64,000 bases of DNA from an uncultured delta proteobacterium (GTDB lineage Bacteria; Myxococcota_A; Polyangia; Fen-1088). The position numbers and the translations under genes were made by a program. Shown piece after piece: positions 38,201 to 48,716 of this stretch. Within the stretch, counting starts at the first letter, position 1. Each line of letters opens with the position of its first letter. Where the stretch lies: assembly GCA_963796685.1 (NCBI GenBank), contig CAWCMR010000025.1:448001-512000 (forward strand). Reading direction: 5' to 3'. The notes under the pieces are model-generated. The model was not told where the DNA came from. It did no database searches and saw only the letters and a program-made list of their open reading frames with translations.

Positions 38201-38394
38201 ATCCCGCGACAAGAAAGGCGACAGCGCGGAAGGCACCAGAAGGGGTCACCTTTCCACGACGGACACGCGCACCCAATCGGAGCGATGACGGGTAGTCGTG
38301 GACGTGGACGGCTTACCGTGGCCGTGGCCGTGGCCGTGGCGATCACAAGCGAAACCACGGCCGCAACAACGACCTTCTGCGGCTATCGCGGGAT
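38201..38394 (+). repeat. Dispersed ~200-bp element, copy 2
   Basis: First 80 nt align without gaps to 10882..10961; (GTGGCC)n core; ends CTATCGCGGGAT. Confidence 0.85.
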
Positions 38395-38575
38395 GATGGC
38401 GTAGCTCCGCGCAGCGAGGCGGGACCGGGGGACTGCGAGCGAGAGCGAGCCAGTCCCCCGCAAGATACAAGGGGCTCTGCCACGCTTCTGCGCACCCTCG
38501 GCTCGGGCTCGCGGTCCGACCTCTACGTCCTCTTTTCCGCTCTCTGCGCCCTCTCCTTGTGGTAAGTCGTCGGCC

Positions 38576-39769
38576 ATGAAGATCGTGCTCGCATACTCCG
38601 GGGGACTCGATACTTCCGTCGTCATCGGCTGGCTGCGGGAGAAATACCAGGCCGAGGTCGTGGCCTTTTGCTCCGACGTCGGCCAGCAAGAGGATCTGGA
38701 AGCGGCCCGCAAGAAGGCCCTGGCCTGCGGCGCCATCGCGTGCCACGTGTACGACCAACGCGACGAGTTCGTGCGCGACTTCGTGTATCCGGCGGTGCGT
38801 GCCCAGGCCATCTACCAGGGCGAGTACTACCTCGGTACCTCGCTGGCCCGGCCGTGCATCGTGCGCGGCATGATGGAGGTCGCGGCCAAGGAAAACACCC
38901 ACGTCATCTCGCACGGATCCACCGGCAAGGGCAACGATCAGGTGCGCTTCGAGCTCGGTGCCTACTGGTTCAACCCGCAGGTGAAAATCATCGCGCCCTG
39001 GCGCGAGTGGGACTTCAAGTCGCGCTCCGAGCTCATCGCCTTCGCGCATTCGCACAACATCCCCGTGGAAGCCTCCACGGCCAAGCCATACTCCATCGAC
39101 CGCAACCTGCTGCACACGAGCTACGAGGGTGGCATTCTGGAAGACCCCGACAAGGAGCCCCCGGCCGAGATGTTCCAGCGCACCGTCGATCCGCGCAAGG
39201 CGCCCGACCAGCCGCGCGACGTGGCCATCAGCTTCGAAAAAGGCACGCCCGTCGCCGTCGACGGCAAGGCCATGGGTCCGGCCGCGCTGCTCACAGAGCT
39301 GAACAAGCTCGCCGGCGAGCACGGTGTGGGCCGCGCCGACGTGGTGGAAGATCGCTTCGTGGGCATGAAGAGCCGCGGCGTGTACGAGACACCAGGCGGA
39401 ACCGTGCTCTACAAGGCCCACCGGGGCGTCTCCTCGCTGACCATGGACCGCGAGTCCATGCGCCTGCGCGACACCTTGGCCGTCGAGTATTCCACCCTCG
39501 TCTACCGCGGCTTCTGGTTCTCGCCCGAGCGCGAAGCCTTGCAGAAGCTCGTCGACACCATCAACGAGCCGGTCACCGGCACCGCGCGCTTACGCCTCTA
39601 TAAGGGTGGTCTCACCCTCATCGGCCGCAGCGCCCCGAAGTCGCTGTACCGCGCCGACATCGTCACCTTCGAAGACGACGGCGGCGCCTACGACCAGCGC
39701 GACGCGGGCGGCTTCATCCGCCTGAACGCGCTTCGCCTGCGCACCATGGCGAGCATTCGCGCCAAGTAA
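38576..39769 (+). CDS. argG: Argininosuccinate synthase
   Basis: LAYSGGLDTS, HGSTGKGNDQVRF, YSIDRNL, KSRGVYETPGG. Confidence 0.97.
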   Translation: MKIVLAYSGGLDTSVVIGWLREKYQAEVVAFCSDVGQQEDLEAARKKALACGAIACHVYDQRDEFVRDFVYPAVRAQAIYQGEYYLGTSLARPCIVRGMMEVAAKENTHVISHGSTGKGNDQVRFELGAYWFNPQVKIIAPWREWDFKSRSELIAFAHSHNIPVEASTAKPYSIDRNLLHTSYEGGILEDPDKEPPAEMFQRTVDPRKAPDQPRDVAISFEKGTPVAVDGKAMGPAALLTELNKLAGEHGVGRADVVEDRFVGMKSRGVYETPGGTVLYKAHRGVSSLTMDRESMRLRDTLAVEYSTLVYRGFWFSPEREALQKLVDTINEPVTGTARLRLYKGGLTLIGRSAPKSLYRADIVTFEDDGGAYDQRDAGGFIRLNALRLRTMASIRAK

Positions 39770-39830
39770 CCGCCCGGCACGCGGGGATTGCCCCAGGAAA
39801 CTTTCGACTCGGTGGTGCCGATAGACATGC

Positions 39831-40223
39831 ATGCCACCCACACTACCCCCAGTCGAACTTGTCATAGCGGGAGCTTTCGAGCATGATAGCCGGGCTGTTT
39901 CCATGTGTTCCGGTACTTGGTTCGGTAGGCTCTGGTCTCGTCTTGGGGCCAGCGTTGTGCAAGACATCCCGTCGGGCCTTGAAGAGTGCGAGTCCTGTCG
40001 GGAAGTAGACTGCACGCAAGAGCGCTGGCTAACCTGCGCGAGGCGTCTCGACGCCTTGGCCGAACATGAAAGCGCTTGCTGCCGTGCCGCGCCGTCCACA
40101 GCCGCGCGCTCGGATGAAATGCCCGGTATCGGCACTGCGGATGGCATGCAGGCCCAGCCTGATGAGTCGGGAACCGGCGAGAGCAGCGACCCCAGCGAGC
40201 GTGTCTCGTCGTCTGGCGAGTAA
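39831..40223 (+). CDS. Small Cys-containing hypothetical protein
   Basis: VVQDIP..LEECESCREVDC..ERWLTC; start uncertain. Confidence 0.45.
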   Translation: MPPTLPPVELVIAGAFEHDSRAVSMCSGTWFGRLWSRLGASVVQDIPSGLEECESCREVDCTQERWLTCARRLDALAEHESACCRAAPSTAARSDEMPGIGTADGMQAQPDESGTGESSDPSERVSSSGE

Positions 40224-40232
40224 CGGCTCCAC

Positions 40233-40715
40233 GTGCGGCGGATTCTCGTCTCGCGCTTTTCCGACCTGCTGATGCTGGGAATCGCCGTGCTGTCCGCATG
40301 GCCGGTTCGCGCGCAGAGCATGGCGTCCTGTCCATGGCTATCCGAGCCATCCGAGCTCCCCGAGCTATCCAGGCCTCCGGCCGGCACCATCGAAAGTCGT
40401 ATCGATCCGCCGAAGGGGTTCAGACGCCCAAGCGTCCCACCCGGGAGCTTCGCCGCCTGGCTGCGTGGCCTGCCGGTCAAGCCAGGCCGCCCGCCGGTTC
40501 GACTGTTCGACGGCAGGTTGAAATCGAATCAAGAGGCCCACCACGTGGTGCTGGAAGTGGATGTGGGCAGGCGCGACCTGCAACAGTGTGCCGACGCGAT
40601 CATGCGGCTGCGAGCCGAGTATCTTCGTCATGCCGACCGGGACGGCGAGGTCTGCTTTCGCTTCACGAACGGCACGCCCGCGCGCTGGAGCGAGTGGCGA
40701 AAGGGCATGCGCCTG
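40233..40715 (+). pseudogene. DUF4846-like secreted protein, 3'-truncated
   Basis: RIDPPKGF.R, SFAAWLRGLP, DLQQCADAIMRLRAEY; resemblance stops near 40715 and the frame then runs antisense into the next gene. Confidence 0.6.
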
Positions 40716-40759
40716 TGCGCCCAAGAGCGCGACCAGCGAGAAGGCAGCGAACGCCGGCA

Positions 40760-41485
40760 TCACCCCTTTCCGGCGTGTGCCTGCAAGATGCGCTGTTTGT
40801 CCCGCGCGGGCAGGTGTTTGCAAGCCTCGCGCACGGTCAAACCGGCAGCGCGCGCAGCCCTGGGCAAAAGCCATTCCACCACGCGCTCGGGGGTCTTCTT
40901 GGCGGTCTCGCGCAAGACCCAGCCGATGGCCTTGCGGATGAAGAATTCCTTCTCCGCCAGCATGCCGTCGGCATAGCGGCCGAAGCGTGCGAAGTCGCCG
41001 CCCCCGCGCCGCAAGGGCAAGAGCAAAGCCAGCAGCGCGGATCGGCGCAGCCAAAAGTCGTTGTCCTTGGCCCAGCGATCGAGAACCGGGGCAAGCTTCC
41101 CGGGAAAGCGCTCGACGAGATCGCCCGCCACCGAAGCTGCCAGGTTGTCCACCAGGGCCCAACCGCGTGCTTCTCGCAGCAGCTCCTCGATGAGGCCGAC
41201 GTCCTCAGGCCCGAGCAGGTTCTTCCACAGCTCCAGCACCTCCACCGCCGCCGCCCGCCGCTCGTGAATCGGCTTCTTCCACAGCGTACGGGCCAAACCG
41301 GTCGCCTCGTCGCACCCGAATTCCGGGTGGGCACGCCGAAGCGCCACCACGACCTTGCGTAGAACCGGCACGGTGACGCCCAGGTGCTCGAGATCGCTCT
41401 TGAGATAGCGTTTCTCCTGGGCGGCGCGCTCGGCGGTGCCAAGGACGCGCAACTCAGCTTCGAGTCGGTCTGCCAGGCGTCGCAT
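40760..41485 (-). CDS. DNA alkylation repair protein (AlkD-like HEAT-repeat family)
   Basis: YLKS..EHLGV.VP, WALVD, DFWLRR, EFFIRKAIGWVLRE. Confidence 0.88.
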   Translation of the reverse strand: MRRLADRLEAELRVLGTAERAAQEKRYLKSDLEHLGVTVPVLRKVVVALRRAHPEFGCDEATGLARTLWKKPIHERRAAAVEVLELWKNLLGPEDVGLIEELLREARGWALVDNLAASVAGDLVERFPGKLAPVLDRWAKDNDFWLRRSALLALLLPLRRGGGDFARFGRYADGMLAEKEFFIRKAIGWVLRETAKKTPERVVEWLLPRAARAAGLTVREACKHLPARDKQRILQAHAGKG

Positions 41486-42092
41486 GGGTTGATTCCAAGA
41501 GTGGCGCGAACCCTCGCAGGACCTGCGCAAGCTGGGCGCGCGTCGCATCGAGATCCCCGTTATTGTCGAGCACGTGGTCGGCGGCGCGGATCTTATCGGC
41601 CAATGGACGCTGCGCCCGAATGCGGGCCAGAGCCTCTTCGCGCGAGCAGGCGTCGCGGGCCATCACCCTCCGAATCTGCGCTTCCTCGCTGGCCGAGACC
41701 ACCACCAATCCGTCGAGCTGCTTGTAGGAGCCGGTTTCGACGAGCAGCGCGGCCTCGAGAAAGGCCAGGCGATGGCCGGACGCCTGCAAGGCCGCGGCTT
41801 GCACGGCCACCTGCTCGCGAATGCGCGGATGGGTGATGGCTTCCAGCCGGGCCTGGCTGCCCCGATCCGAAAACACGATCGCGCCCAGCTTCTTGCGATC
41901 GATGCGGCCGTCGGCGGCCAGGACCTCGGGCCAGGCAGCGGCGATCTCACCGTTGGCCGGCCGTCCCGGCTCGACCACCTGGCGGGCGATGGCGTCGGCG
42001 TCGATAACCGGGATGCCACGCTCGCGCAACATCCGCGCGACCGTGGATTTGCCCGAGCCGATCCCACCCGTCAGGCCGATGAGCTTGATCAT
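41454..42092 (-). CDS. coaE: Dephospho-CoA kinase
   Basis: IGLTGGIGSGKST, IDAD, DRKKLG, ITHP, ADHVLDN. Confidence 0.95.
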   Translation of the reverse strand: MIKLIGLTGGIGSGKSTVARMLRERGIPVIDADAIARQVVEPGRPANGEIAAAWPEVLAADGRIDRKKLGAIVFSDRGSQARLEAITHPRIREQVAVQAAALQASGHRLAFLEAALLVETGSYKQLDGLVVVSASEEAQIRRVMARDACSREEALARIRAQRPLADKIRAADHVLDNNGDLDATRAQLAQVLRGFAPLLESTHATPGRPTRS

Positions 42093-42331
42093 GACGGCGA
42101 TCAGTCTACCGGGAACCGAAACCGCTGTGCACCGGAACTCCTGCACCATGCTCCTGCCAGGGGCGCAGAAATCGGGACGAATGCATTCGGCCATGGCGAT
42201 GCGGCGACCACGAAGCGCATGCTGGCTCGACCGAGGCCAGGCGCCCCGCGACATCGCTGCTCTCCTCGCGGGATCACGGATTCGGGATGACAGGAGGCAG
42301 CGGGCCGGGTTCCGCGTACACTGTGCGGGTC

Positions 42332-43000
42332 ATGTCCGCCTCTCTCCCCTCTCCTGTCATGGTTCTGGATGCCGCCTTCGTCGCCGAGGTGCGCGAGGTC
42401 GCGCAGATGCCGATGGGCGGGCCGCCCGAGGTGGCCATCGCAGGCCGCTCCAACGTCGGCAAGTCGACCCTGCTCAACCGCATCGCGGGGCGCAAGGCCC
42501 TCGCCCGCGTCTCGAAGACGCCCGGCCGCACCCGCGGGCTCGTGCTCTTCGACCTGGAGATCCGCGTGCAGGGCAGCCAAGAGGCGCGACAGCGCCTGCG
42601 CCTGGTCGACCTGCCCGGCTACGGCTACGCGCAGGTCTCGCACAGCGAACGCCACGCCTGGCAGGTTCTTGTCGAGGGCTACGTCAAGGAGCAGAAGCCC
42701 CTGGTGCTGGTGCTGGTGCTGGTGGATGCACGCCGCGAGCTTGGCACGGAAGAGCTGCAGCTGATGGAATGGCTGCAGGCGATGCACGTGCCCTGTCACC
42801 TGGTGGTGACCAAGGCCGACAAGCTGGGCGCAGCCGAGCGCGGCATCTTGCGCGAACAGGTCCGCAAGGGGCTCGGCCAGATGTCGGCCTCGGTATCCAT
42901 GGCCTCCGGGGAAACCGGCGAGGGCGTGGACGCCTTGTGGGCACGCATCGCCTACGCTCTCAAAGCCAATAAAGACGACGTGGAGCCCGACCCGGGCTAG
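42332..43000 (+). CDS. engB: Ribosome biogenesis GTPase YihA/EngB
   Basis: GRSNVGKS, SKTPGRT, DLPGYGYA, TKADK. Confidence 0.95.
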   Translation: MSASLPSPVMVLDAAFVAEVREVAQMPMGGPPEVAIAGRSNVGKSTLLNRIAGRKALARVSKTPGRTRGLVLFDLEIRVQGSQEARQRLRLVDLPGYGYAQVSHSERHAWQVLVEGYVKEQKPLVLVLVLVDARRELGTEELQLMEWLQAMHVPCHLVVTKADKLGAAERGILREQVRKGLGQMSASVSMASGETGEGVDALWARIAYALKANKDDVEPDPG

Positions 43001-43043
43001 GATTCCCGTCCGCCCCGATAGTGGGGGGCAAGACCAAGCGACC

Positions 43044-43500
43044 GTGCAGGACTACATCATCGTCAGCAGCACCGAGGCCGATTCTCGAAGGCGTGATGGC
43101 CATCGAGCGGCTCTCGTTCCCGACACCGTGGCAACGCCAAGCCTTCAGCGACGAGCTGGCGCGGCCGTGGGCCCGGCTGGAGGTGCTTCGGCGGGTGGCG
43201 ACCGGCGAGGTGGTGGCCTTCTGCAACTACTGGCTGGTGGCCGACGAGCTGCACATCCTGAACGTCGCGGTCCACCCGGACGAGCGCAGACAGGGCCACG
43301 CCACGCGACTCTTGCAACACATCCTGTCCGAGGCGGACCGCAACAGGGTCCGGGTGGTGTCGCTGGAGGTTCGCGCCTCCAACCAGGCGGCCCAGGCGCT
43401 CTATCGCAAGTTCCAATTTCGGGAGGTGGGCAAGAGAGCCAGGTACTACGCGGACAACGGCGAAGACGCGCTGCTGATGGATCGGGAGCTTTCGCCCTAG
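43044..43500 (+). CDS. rimI: Ribosomal protein S18 N-acetyltransferase; frameshift at ~43083
   Basis: GTG-QDYIIVSSTEAD + LEGVMAIERLSFPTPW after removing one T; ELHILNVAV, LEVRASN, YY..GEDALLM. Confidence 0.88.
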
Positions 43501-43507
43501 GGCGCAC

Positions 43508-44383
43508 ATGTCGATGTCGCTCGTGCTTTGCGCGCTTTGCGCTCGATTGCTGGCCGCCGATGCAGGCGCACCCGTGGACGCGGACACGGAGGCTTTGCCG
43601 GCGACGGCGGTCGAGCCCGAAGCCGGGACGCCGCCGGTCGCACCGGCTGCGCCTTTTGCCATCGCCGGCGTCGCCACCAGCGAGCGGGTAGTGGCCTTGA
43701 CCTTCGATGCCTGCGCGACCAAGAAGCAGGCCAATGGTTTCGATCGCAAGGTGTTCCAGATCCTGGCGCGCGATCGCATCCCGGCCACGTTCTTTCTGTC
43801 GGGCCGCTGGGTCGAGAAACATCCCGGCGCCGCCAAGGCCATCGCGGCCGCCCCATGGATCGAGCTGGGCAACCACACCTACTCGCATCCACGCCTGACG
43901 CTCACGCGCAAAGAGCGCATCCGCTGGCAGATTCGGTACACCAACGAAATCTTGCAGAAGAGGATCGGGCGGCCCGCGCTGTCCTTGCGCCCACCGGCTG
44001 GCGCGTTCAACGCGACCGTCGTCAAGATAGCCAATCAGGAACAGTTGCCCGTGATCCTGTGGAGCGTGATCTCCGGCGATGCCGGCGGCCACGTGCCGGC
44101 CAAGCGCATGGACAGGTCGGTGCTCGAAGAGACCAAACCTGGTTCCATCATCATCTTTCACGTCAACAAACGGGCGCCCTTCACCAAAAAGGCGTTGCCG
44201 GACATCATCGCGGGCTTGCGCAAGGAGGGTTTTCGCTTCGTGACCATCTCGCAGCTGCTCGCCCTGCCCGACGCCGTGCCCATCAAGGCCAAGCCGTCGC
44301 GCTATGGATGGCGCCCGCGCAACAAGCCCCATTCGCCCGAGCTCAAAGAACAAGGCGAGGACCATGCGGATCCGCCGACCTGA
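43508..44383 (+). CDS. Secreted polysaccharide deacetylase (NodB-like)
   Basis: ALTFD, ATFF, GNHTYSHP, RPP, GSIIIFH. Confidence 0.88.
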   Translation: MSMSLVLCALCARLLAADAGAPVDADTEALPATAVEPEAGTPPVAPAAPFAIAGVATSERVVALTFDACATKKQANGFDRKVFQILARDRIPATFFLSGRWVEKHPGAAKAIAAAPWIELGNHTYSHPRLTLTRKERIRWQIRYTNEILQKRIGRPALSLRPPAGAFNATVVKIANQEQLPVILWSVISGDAGGHVPAKRMDRSVLEETKPGSIIIFHVNKRAPFTKKALPDIIAGLRKEGFRFVTISQLLALPDAVPIKAKPSRYGWRPRNKPHSPELKEQGEDHADPPT

Positions 44384-44840
44384 TCCCGCACTGGCCTTCC
44401 GCCAGGCCGAGTGGATCGTGGCCATGGAGCCCTGGCTTTCCCTTGGCTACGAGCGCACGAAGCTTGCGCGCTACCTGCGCCGGATGTCTCGCGCCGAGCA
44501 GGTGCTGGTCGCCGAGGAAATGGGTCGTGTGCTCGGCATCATCGTCTTTCAGCCCGAATTCTTGCTCGGCCGCTTCATCGCGCTTCTGGCCGTTCGCGCC
44601 GAGGCCGCCGGTCGCGGCATCGGGCGCGCCCTCGTCCTGCACATCGAGAAGGAAGCCTTCAAGACGCGGCGCTGGCTCTACGTTTCGTCCGACGGCGCGA
44701 ATCGGGCCGCCGCCCGTTTCTACAAGAAGCTCGGATTCACGCGCGCGGCCCGCTTGCCGGATCTCGTTCGCGACGGCCGGGCCGAGATCTTGTGGCGCAA
44801 GCCACGGCCAGCGACGGCCGCCCGAGGCACGCGCTGCTAG
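44364..44840 (+). CDS. GNAT acetyltransferase
   Basis: LAVRAEAAGRGIGRAL, N.AA.RFYKKLGF. Confidence 0.85.
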   Translation: MRIRRPDPALAFRQAEWIVAMEPWLSLGYERTKLARYLRRMSRAEQVLVAEEMGRVLGIIVFQPEFLLGRFIALLAVRAEAAGRGIGRALVLHIEKEAFKTRRWLYVSSDGANRAAARFYKKLGFTRAARLPDLVRDGRAEILWRKPRPATAARGTRC

Positions 44841-46765
44841 AGCTCGATCTCGCAGCCAAGGGGTTGCGGCGCGTGCGCGGGTCTCGCGCGGGGTGTGGGC
44901 ATGGCAACCATGCGCTCCTCGCGGCTGCCCCGGACGGGCCGCGCGATCGGGACAGTCAGGGGGGTCGGGCCAGGGGCGGGCAGAATCGGCGAATCACATA
45001 GCTCGAAGCTTCCGTAGTGGGTCACCAGGCACGACGGTTCGGGAGCCTGGCGCATCTCCACCGAGCGCTGGTAGCGACGCTGCTCGGCCTTCAGTCTGTG
45101 CGCGACGTAAGGTCCGCCGACCATGGCCGCCAGCTTGGCCTTCCAGCCGGAATCCTTGATGAGACCGTCGCGCAGAATGCGGGCTTGCTCATGGGTGGCG
45201 TTGCCGATGCGTGCGAGATCGCGGCGCATGGCCTCGACCAGCATGGCGTAGAAGGGGAACTTCTTGCGCATCATCTCACGCCGCATCTGCACCAATTCGT
45301 GGTCCCAATCTGCGGTGTTGCGATAGCCGTCGTACTGGGTCTGAATCATGCGCAGGATGGACGGTCCCAGGACCTCGAAGTCGCGCTTGAAGGCGTAATC
45401 GATCTTCTCCGAGATCACGGCGTCGGAAAGATGGGCGTGGTGCCAGTTCTGGACGTGCTGGCCATGGATGTCGGCCCAGGGAAAATTCTCTTTCAGGCGC
45501 TGCTCGGACTTCATCTGCTTCCACAGCGGCGTGCCGGGCATGGCGATGTAGAGCATGAACTGGTTGTAGGTGCACCCGTACGACAGGGCGTGCTCGATCT
45601 CGCGATCGACATCCTCGACCTGGTGGTGCGGGAATCCCAGGATCGTCGAGCCCAAGACCTCGACGCCGTAGGCTTGCAGCTGGCCGATGAGGCCACGCAG
45701 CCCGATGCCGTCCATCTTCTTGTAGGTCGTCCCGGTGGACTCTTCGAGGCCGATCCAGATGAAGCTGTAACCGAGCTTGACCACGTTCTCGACGCCCAGT
45801 CGAAGCAAGGCGTCCGCCGACGAGAACACGGCGTAACGGTGGGGTTTGCGCTGCTCTTCCATGAGCTTGAGCAAGGCAAGAGCGCGTTTGGTGTCGAGCG
45901 AGAAGTTCTCGGACATGACGAACAGCTCGCTCACCCCACGGGCCGTCTGCGCATCGGCCACCGAAAGAATGTCTTCCGCGGAGTGCATGAACTTGACGAA
46001 TTTGCCTTCGAACTTGGCCGAGGTCGTACAGAAGTTGCAGCGCATGGGGCAGCCCACGTCGGGAATGATGAGCCCGGCGGACAGCTCCGGCACCTTGAAG
46101 CCGAGCGCGCGCTTGTCGAAGGTGGCGTCCACCAGCGGCGCGTGAACCACGTCCTCGTCCCGAAGGCCCACGCCCGGCATCTTCGCGTAGTACTCGAGAC
46201 CATCGCGCTTCACGAAGGTCACGCCCGTGCCCTCGCACCCACGCCCGCTCAGCCAGTCAGGAAGCCCGGCCGACAGCGGGGACTGGGAGCGTTCAAAGGA
46301 CGGCTCCCACACGTTGAAGGTCTCGCTCGGACAAGCCTGCAGCATGCGTTCGATCAGCTCTTGGGTCACCTCGTCGTCGTTGACGATGTGGCCACCGATG
46401 TCGATGGACACGTCGGGCAGGGTCTCGCGGACGAGACGCCACGTGACGATCACCTTCTCGAAGTTGGCCATGATCCCCGACAAGCCGACCCGATCCCAGC
46501 GCCGCTCGAGGAGCTTCGCCTTGAGCTGGTCCTCGGATGGGAAATCGAGCACCGCCACGTTGGCGTTCAGGTTCGCGCCAAACAGATCGTACGCGAAGGT
46601 TCGCGAAAACATCTGCACCGAGTAGTGCTGCTGGCCGCGCGTGACCTGGTTGTTCAGCAGGCTCATCGGGTTCTTGTACCGGCTGTGCGGTCCGTCCACG
46701 CCGTGGGGGCCAACGACGGAGCTGAACAGGATGTTGCGGAGCGACATCTGGGCAGGAAGCGACAT
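44837..46765 (-). CDS. Radical SAM protein (probably with B12-binding-like N-terminal domain)
   Basis: GCPMRCNFC; IGGH, ENF, WIGLE, ILGFP, PGTPL; start uncertain (46747-46804). Confidence 0.85.
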   Translation of the reverse strand: MSLPAQMSLRNILFSSVVGPHGVDGPHSRYKNPMSLLNNQVTRGQQHYSVQMFSRTFAYDLFGANLNANVAVLDFPSEDQLKAKLLERRWDRVGLSGIMANFEKVIVTWRLVRETLPDVSIDIGGHIVNDDEVTQELIERMLQACPSETFNVWEPSFERSQSPLSAGLPDWLSGRGCEGTGVTFVKRDGLEYYAKMPGVGLRDEDVVHAPLVDATFDKRALGFKVPELSAGLIIPDVGCPMRCNFCTTSAKFEGKFVKFMHSAEDILSVADAQTARGVSELFVMSENFSLDTKRALALLKLMEEQRKPHRYAVFSSADALLRLGVENVVKLGYSFIWIGLEESTGTTYKKMDGIGLRGLIGQLQAYGVEVLGSTILGFPHHQVEDVDREIEHALSYGCTYNQFMLYIAMPGTPLWKQMKSEQRLKENFPWADIHGQHVQNWHHAHLSDAVISEKIDYAFKRDFEVLGPSILRMIQTQYDGYRNTADWDHELVQMRREMMRKKFPFYAMLVEAMRRDLARIGNATHEQARILRDGLIKDSGWKAKLAAMVGGPYVAHRLKAEQRRYQRSVEMRQAPEPSCLVTHYGSFELCDSPILPAPGPTPLTVPIARPVRGSREERMVAMPTPRARPAHAPQPLGCEIEL

Positions 46766-47067
46766 TGCAATGATCTCCATCGCAGAATGGCCCGAGTCCC
46801 GCAATGTCTGGCGGTAAGTATTATGAATTTATGACGATTTCCAGACATCGTCAGGTCGACTGTGGGCCTTCCAGCTACAGTGGATCGGGGTACCATCGCA
46901 TCGCGTTGACGCGAAGATCACCTTTGAATCCGCCGATCTCGCATCGCGGCCCGAAATCGACAATAGTGCCAAGGCATGTTGGGAGCGCTCGCCTGTCTGG
47001 CATGGACCCTGGCCGTCACGGCAATACCCGTGGACCGGTTGCCGTCACCAGGCAAGCAGAGGACCCA

Positions 47068-47844
47068 ATGAGGAATGCCATGGACAACAAGATTAGCTCT
47101 CGAAATTCGCGTCTTCTCGCTCTCAGCACGGTTTGCTTGGGAATAGCGGCCTTCGGCTGCAGCAAGTCCGATTCCCTCGGCTCGGTGCGAGACGGCGGGA
47201 CGGACGGGATTGGCAAGGACGGGAATAGCAACGCACCCGACGGCGAGGTTTGCGGGGCGGGAGTCCCCGTCCACTACTCGGCGCCCGGTTGTGGCGCCGA
47301 CGCCGTTCCCATTTGCGGAGCGACCAGCCAGGAATGTCTGTCTCTTGACTCTTTCTGTGGCTGCGATGGCCAAACCACCGTGTACGGCGTGTGTCGTACC
47401 AGCCCCTCGCCCTTCCTCTATGTGGGCGCGTGCCCCGACGGAGGGCCGGGTCCCCTTGACCTTCTGTCGGATTCCGGCGGCGACGGCGGTGGCTCGAGTG
47501 GCACCTACCAATGCCAGGTGAACGCGGATGGAACTTGCTCGGCGGTCACACCCGACACCAGCTGCCTGCCCTTGCGAGGGGTGCCATTCGACCAACAAGC
47601 CGACTGTCTTTCTGGCCCGGAAATCACGCTCGCCTGCGCCGCCTGGCAGACAGGCACCATGGGCGGTCTCGCGGCCGCGGAGGGTTGTTACCAGGTTCCG
47701 CAAGATGGAGGGGCTCTGGTCTATCGGACCGACGAAAGCGACATCAGTGATCCCCTCTGGAGAAGCCGGGTCTGCGATGCGAGTCTGGCGGCGCTCGTGT
47801 CGGGCGCGCCTGCATGTGGCTCCGCTCCGGAGGTGGGTCGCTAG
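47068..47844 (+). CDS. Cys-rich lipoprotein
   Basis: Lipobox AFGC; FCGCDG.T motif. Confidence 0.7.
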   Translation: MRNAMDNKISSRNSRLLALSTVCLGIAAFGCSKSDSLGSVRDGGTDGIGKDGNSNAPDGEVCGAGVPVHYSAPGCGADAVPICGATSQECLSLDSFCGCDGQTTVYGVCRTSPSPFLYVGACPDGGPGPLDLLSDSGGDGGGSSGTYQCQVNADGTCSAVTPDTSCLPLRGVPFDQQADCLSGPEITLACAAWQTGTMGGLAAAEGCYQVPQDGGALVYRTDESDISDPLWRSRVCDASLAALVSGAPACGSAPEVGR

Positions 47845-48101
47845 CGAACCGTTTTGATCGTCACGCCGGCAACCTTGACCTCGGCCCAGACCCGATCCGC
47901 TGTGTAGGCAGGGGTCTGCAACCGCTTGGCTAGCGCCAAGCACGCACGGTCACCGAGCAACAGCCCCAGCTTGCGCGTGCCCGCCCACAACCCAGCGGCA
48001 CAGGCAGCATCTTCGGCGTCGAATGGGTACACGTGAACGCCAACCGCGTCGAGGACGGCCTCGAGGCCGTCCGTGGATACCCCAGCAGCGAGCGCCTTCT
48101 G
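47841..48101 (-). pseudogene. C-terminal fragment of a PIN/VapC toxin
   Basis: PFDAEDA..AA, GL.LGDRACLALA, TADR.W; the N-terminal LDAS-type motif is absent. Confidence 0.75.
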
Positions 48102-48405
48102 GGTGGTGGCGGCCGCGCGACCGCGCCTCGTCGCCGCCGTACACCAGCAGTCCGGCCGCATCGTGCGAGAGGTCCAGGTAGCGATCGAGGCCGTCGAGTG
48201 CGTCGGCCGCCACGGTGAGGCCGCTCTTGGCCTCGATGGGGACGTGTCTCGACACCAGATCCACCACGAAGTCGACCTCGTGCCCGCGTGAGTCCCGCCA
48301 GAAGTAGACCGAGGGGCGCTCACCCTGGTGCAAGAACAGCTTCTGCAACTCGGAAAAGACGAAACATTCGAAGATCGCGCCCCGCAGGGGATCCCTCGTA
48401 ACCAT
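48102..48405 (-). pseudogene. Remnant of an AAA-ATPase/DUF4143 gene (C-terminal PD-(D/E)XK-like part)
   Basis: GAIFE.FV.SEL.K, YFWRD..GHEVD, PIEAKSG directly after MVTR; no Walker A. Confidence 0.75.
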
Positions 48406-48432
48406 CTATGATCATTACACATTGCAGCATTG

Positions 48433-48465
48433 GTGCAATATGCACATTTGATGTTCATATTGCAC
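48433..48465. promoter_or_regulatory. AT-rich inverted repeat (operator-like) upstream of the ATPase remnant
   Basis: GTGCAATATG-c-ACAT-ttg-ATGT-t-CATATTGCAC. Confidence 0.6.
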
Positions 48466-48716
48466 GCCAAGGCGCTGTGGCGCAAGCCGGCGGCCTCGTT
48501 CCGTCGGCGAGCGGACCTGGAGGGGCTGATGCCACGCTTTTCCAGTGCGCCACTTTCCACTTTGGTGCCAGCAACGTGTTGGCTGACGTGATGGCTTTTC
48601 TCGAGTGGACAGGTTGCTCATGACTACAAGCGTCAAGAGCCCGCTTTTTTTGGCATCCTCTCGATCTTGGCCGAGGTATAAGCAATCGCTCTCCTACTCG
48701 TCCTTTGGAGGTACCC

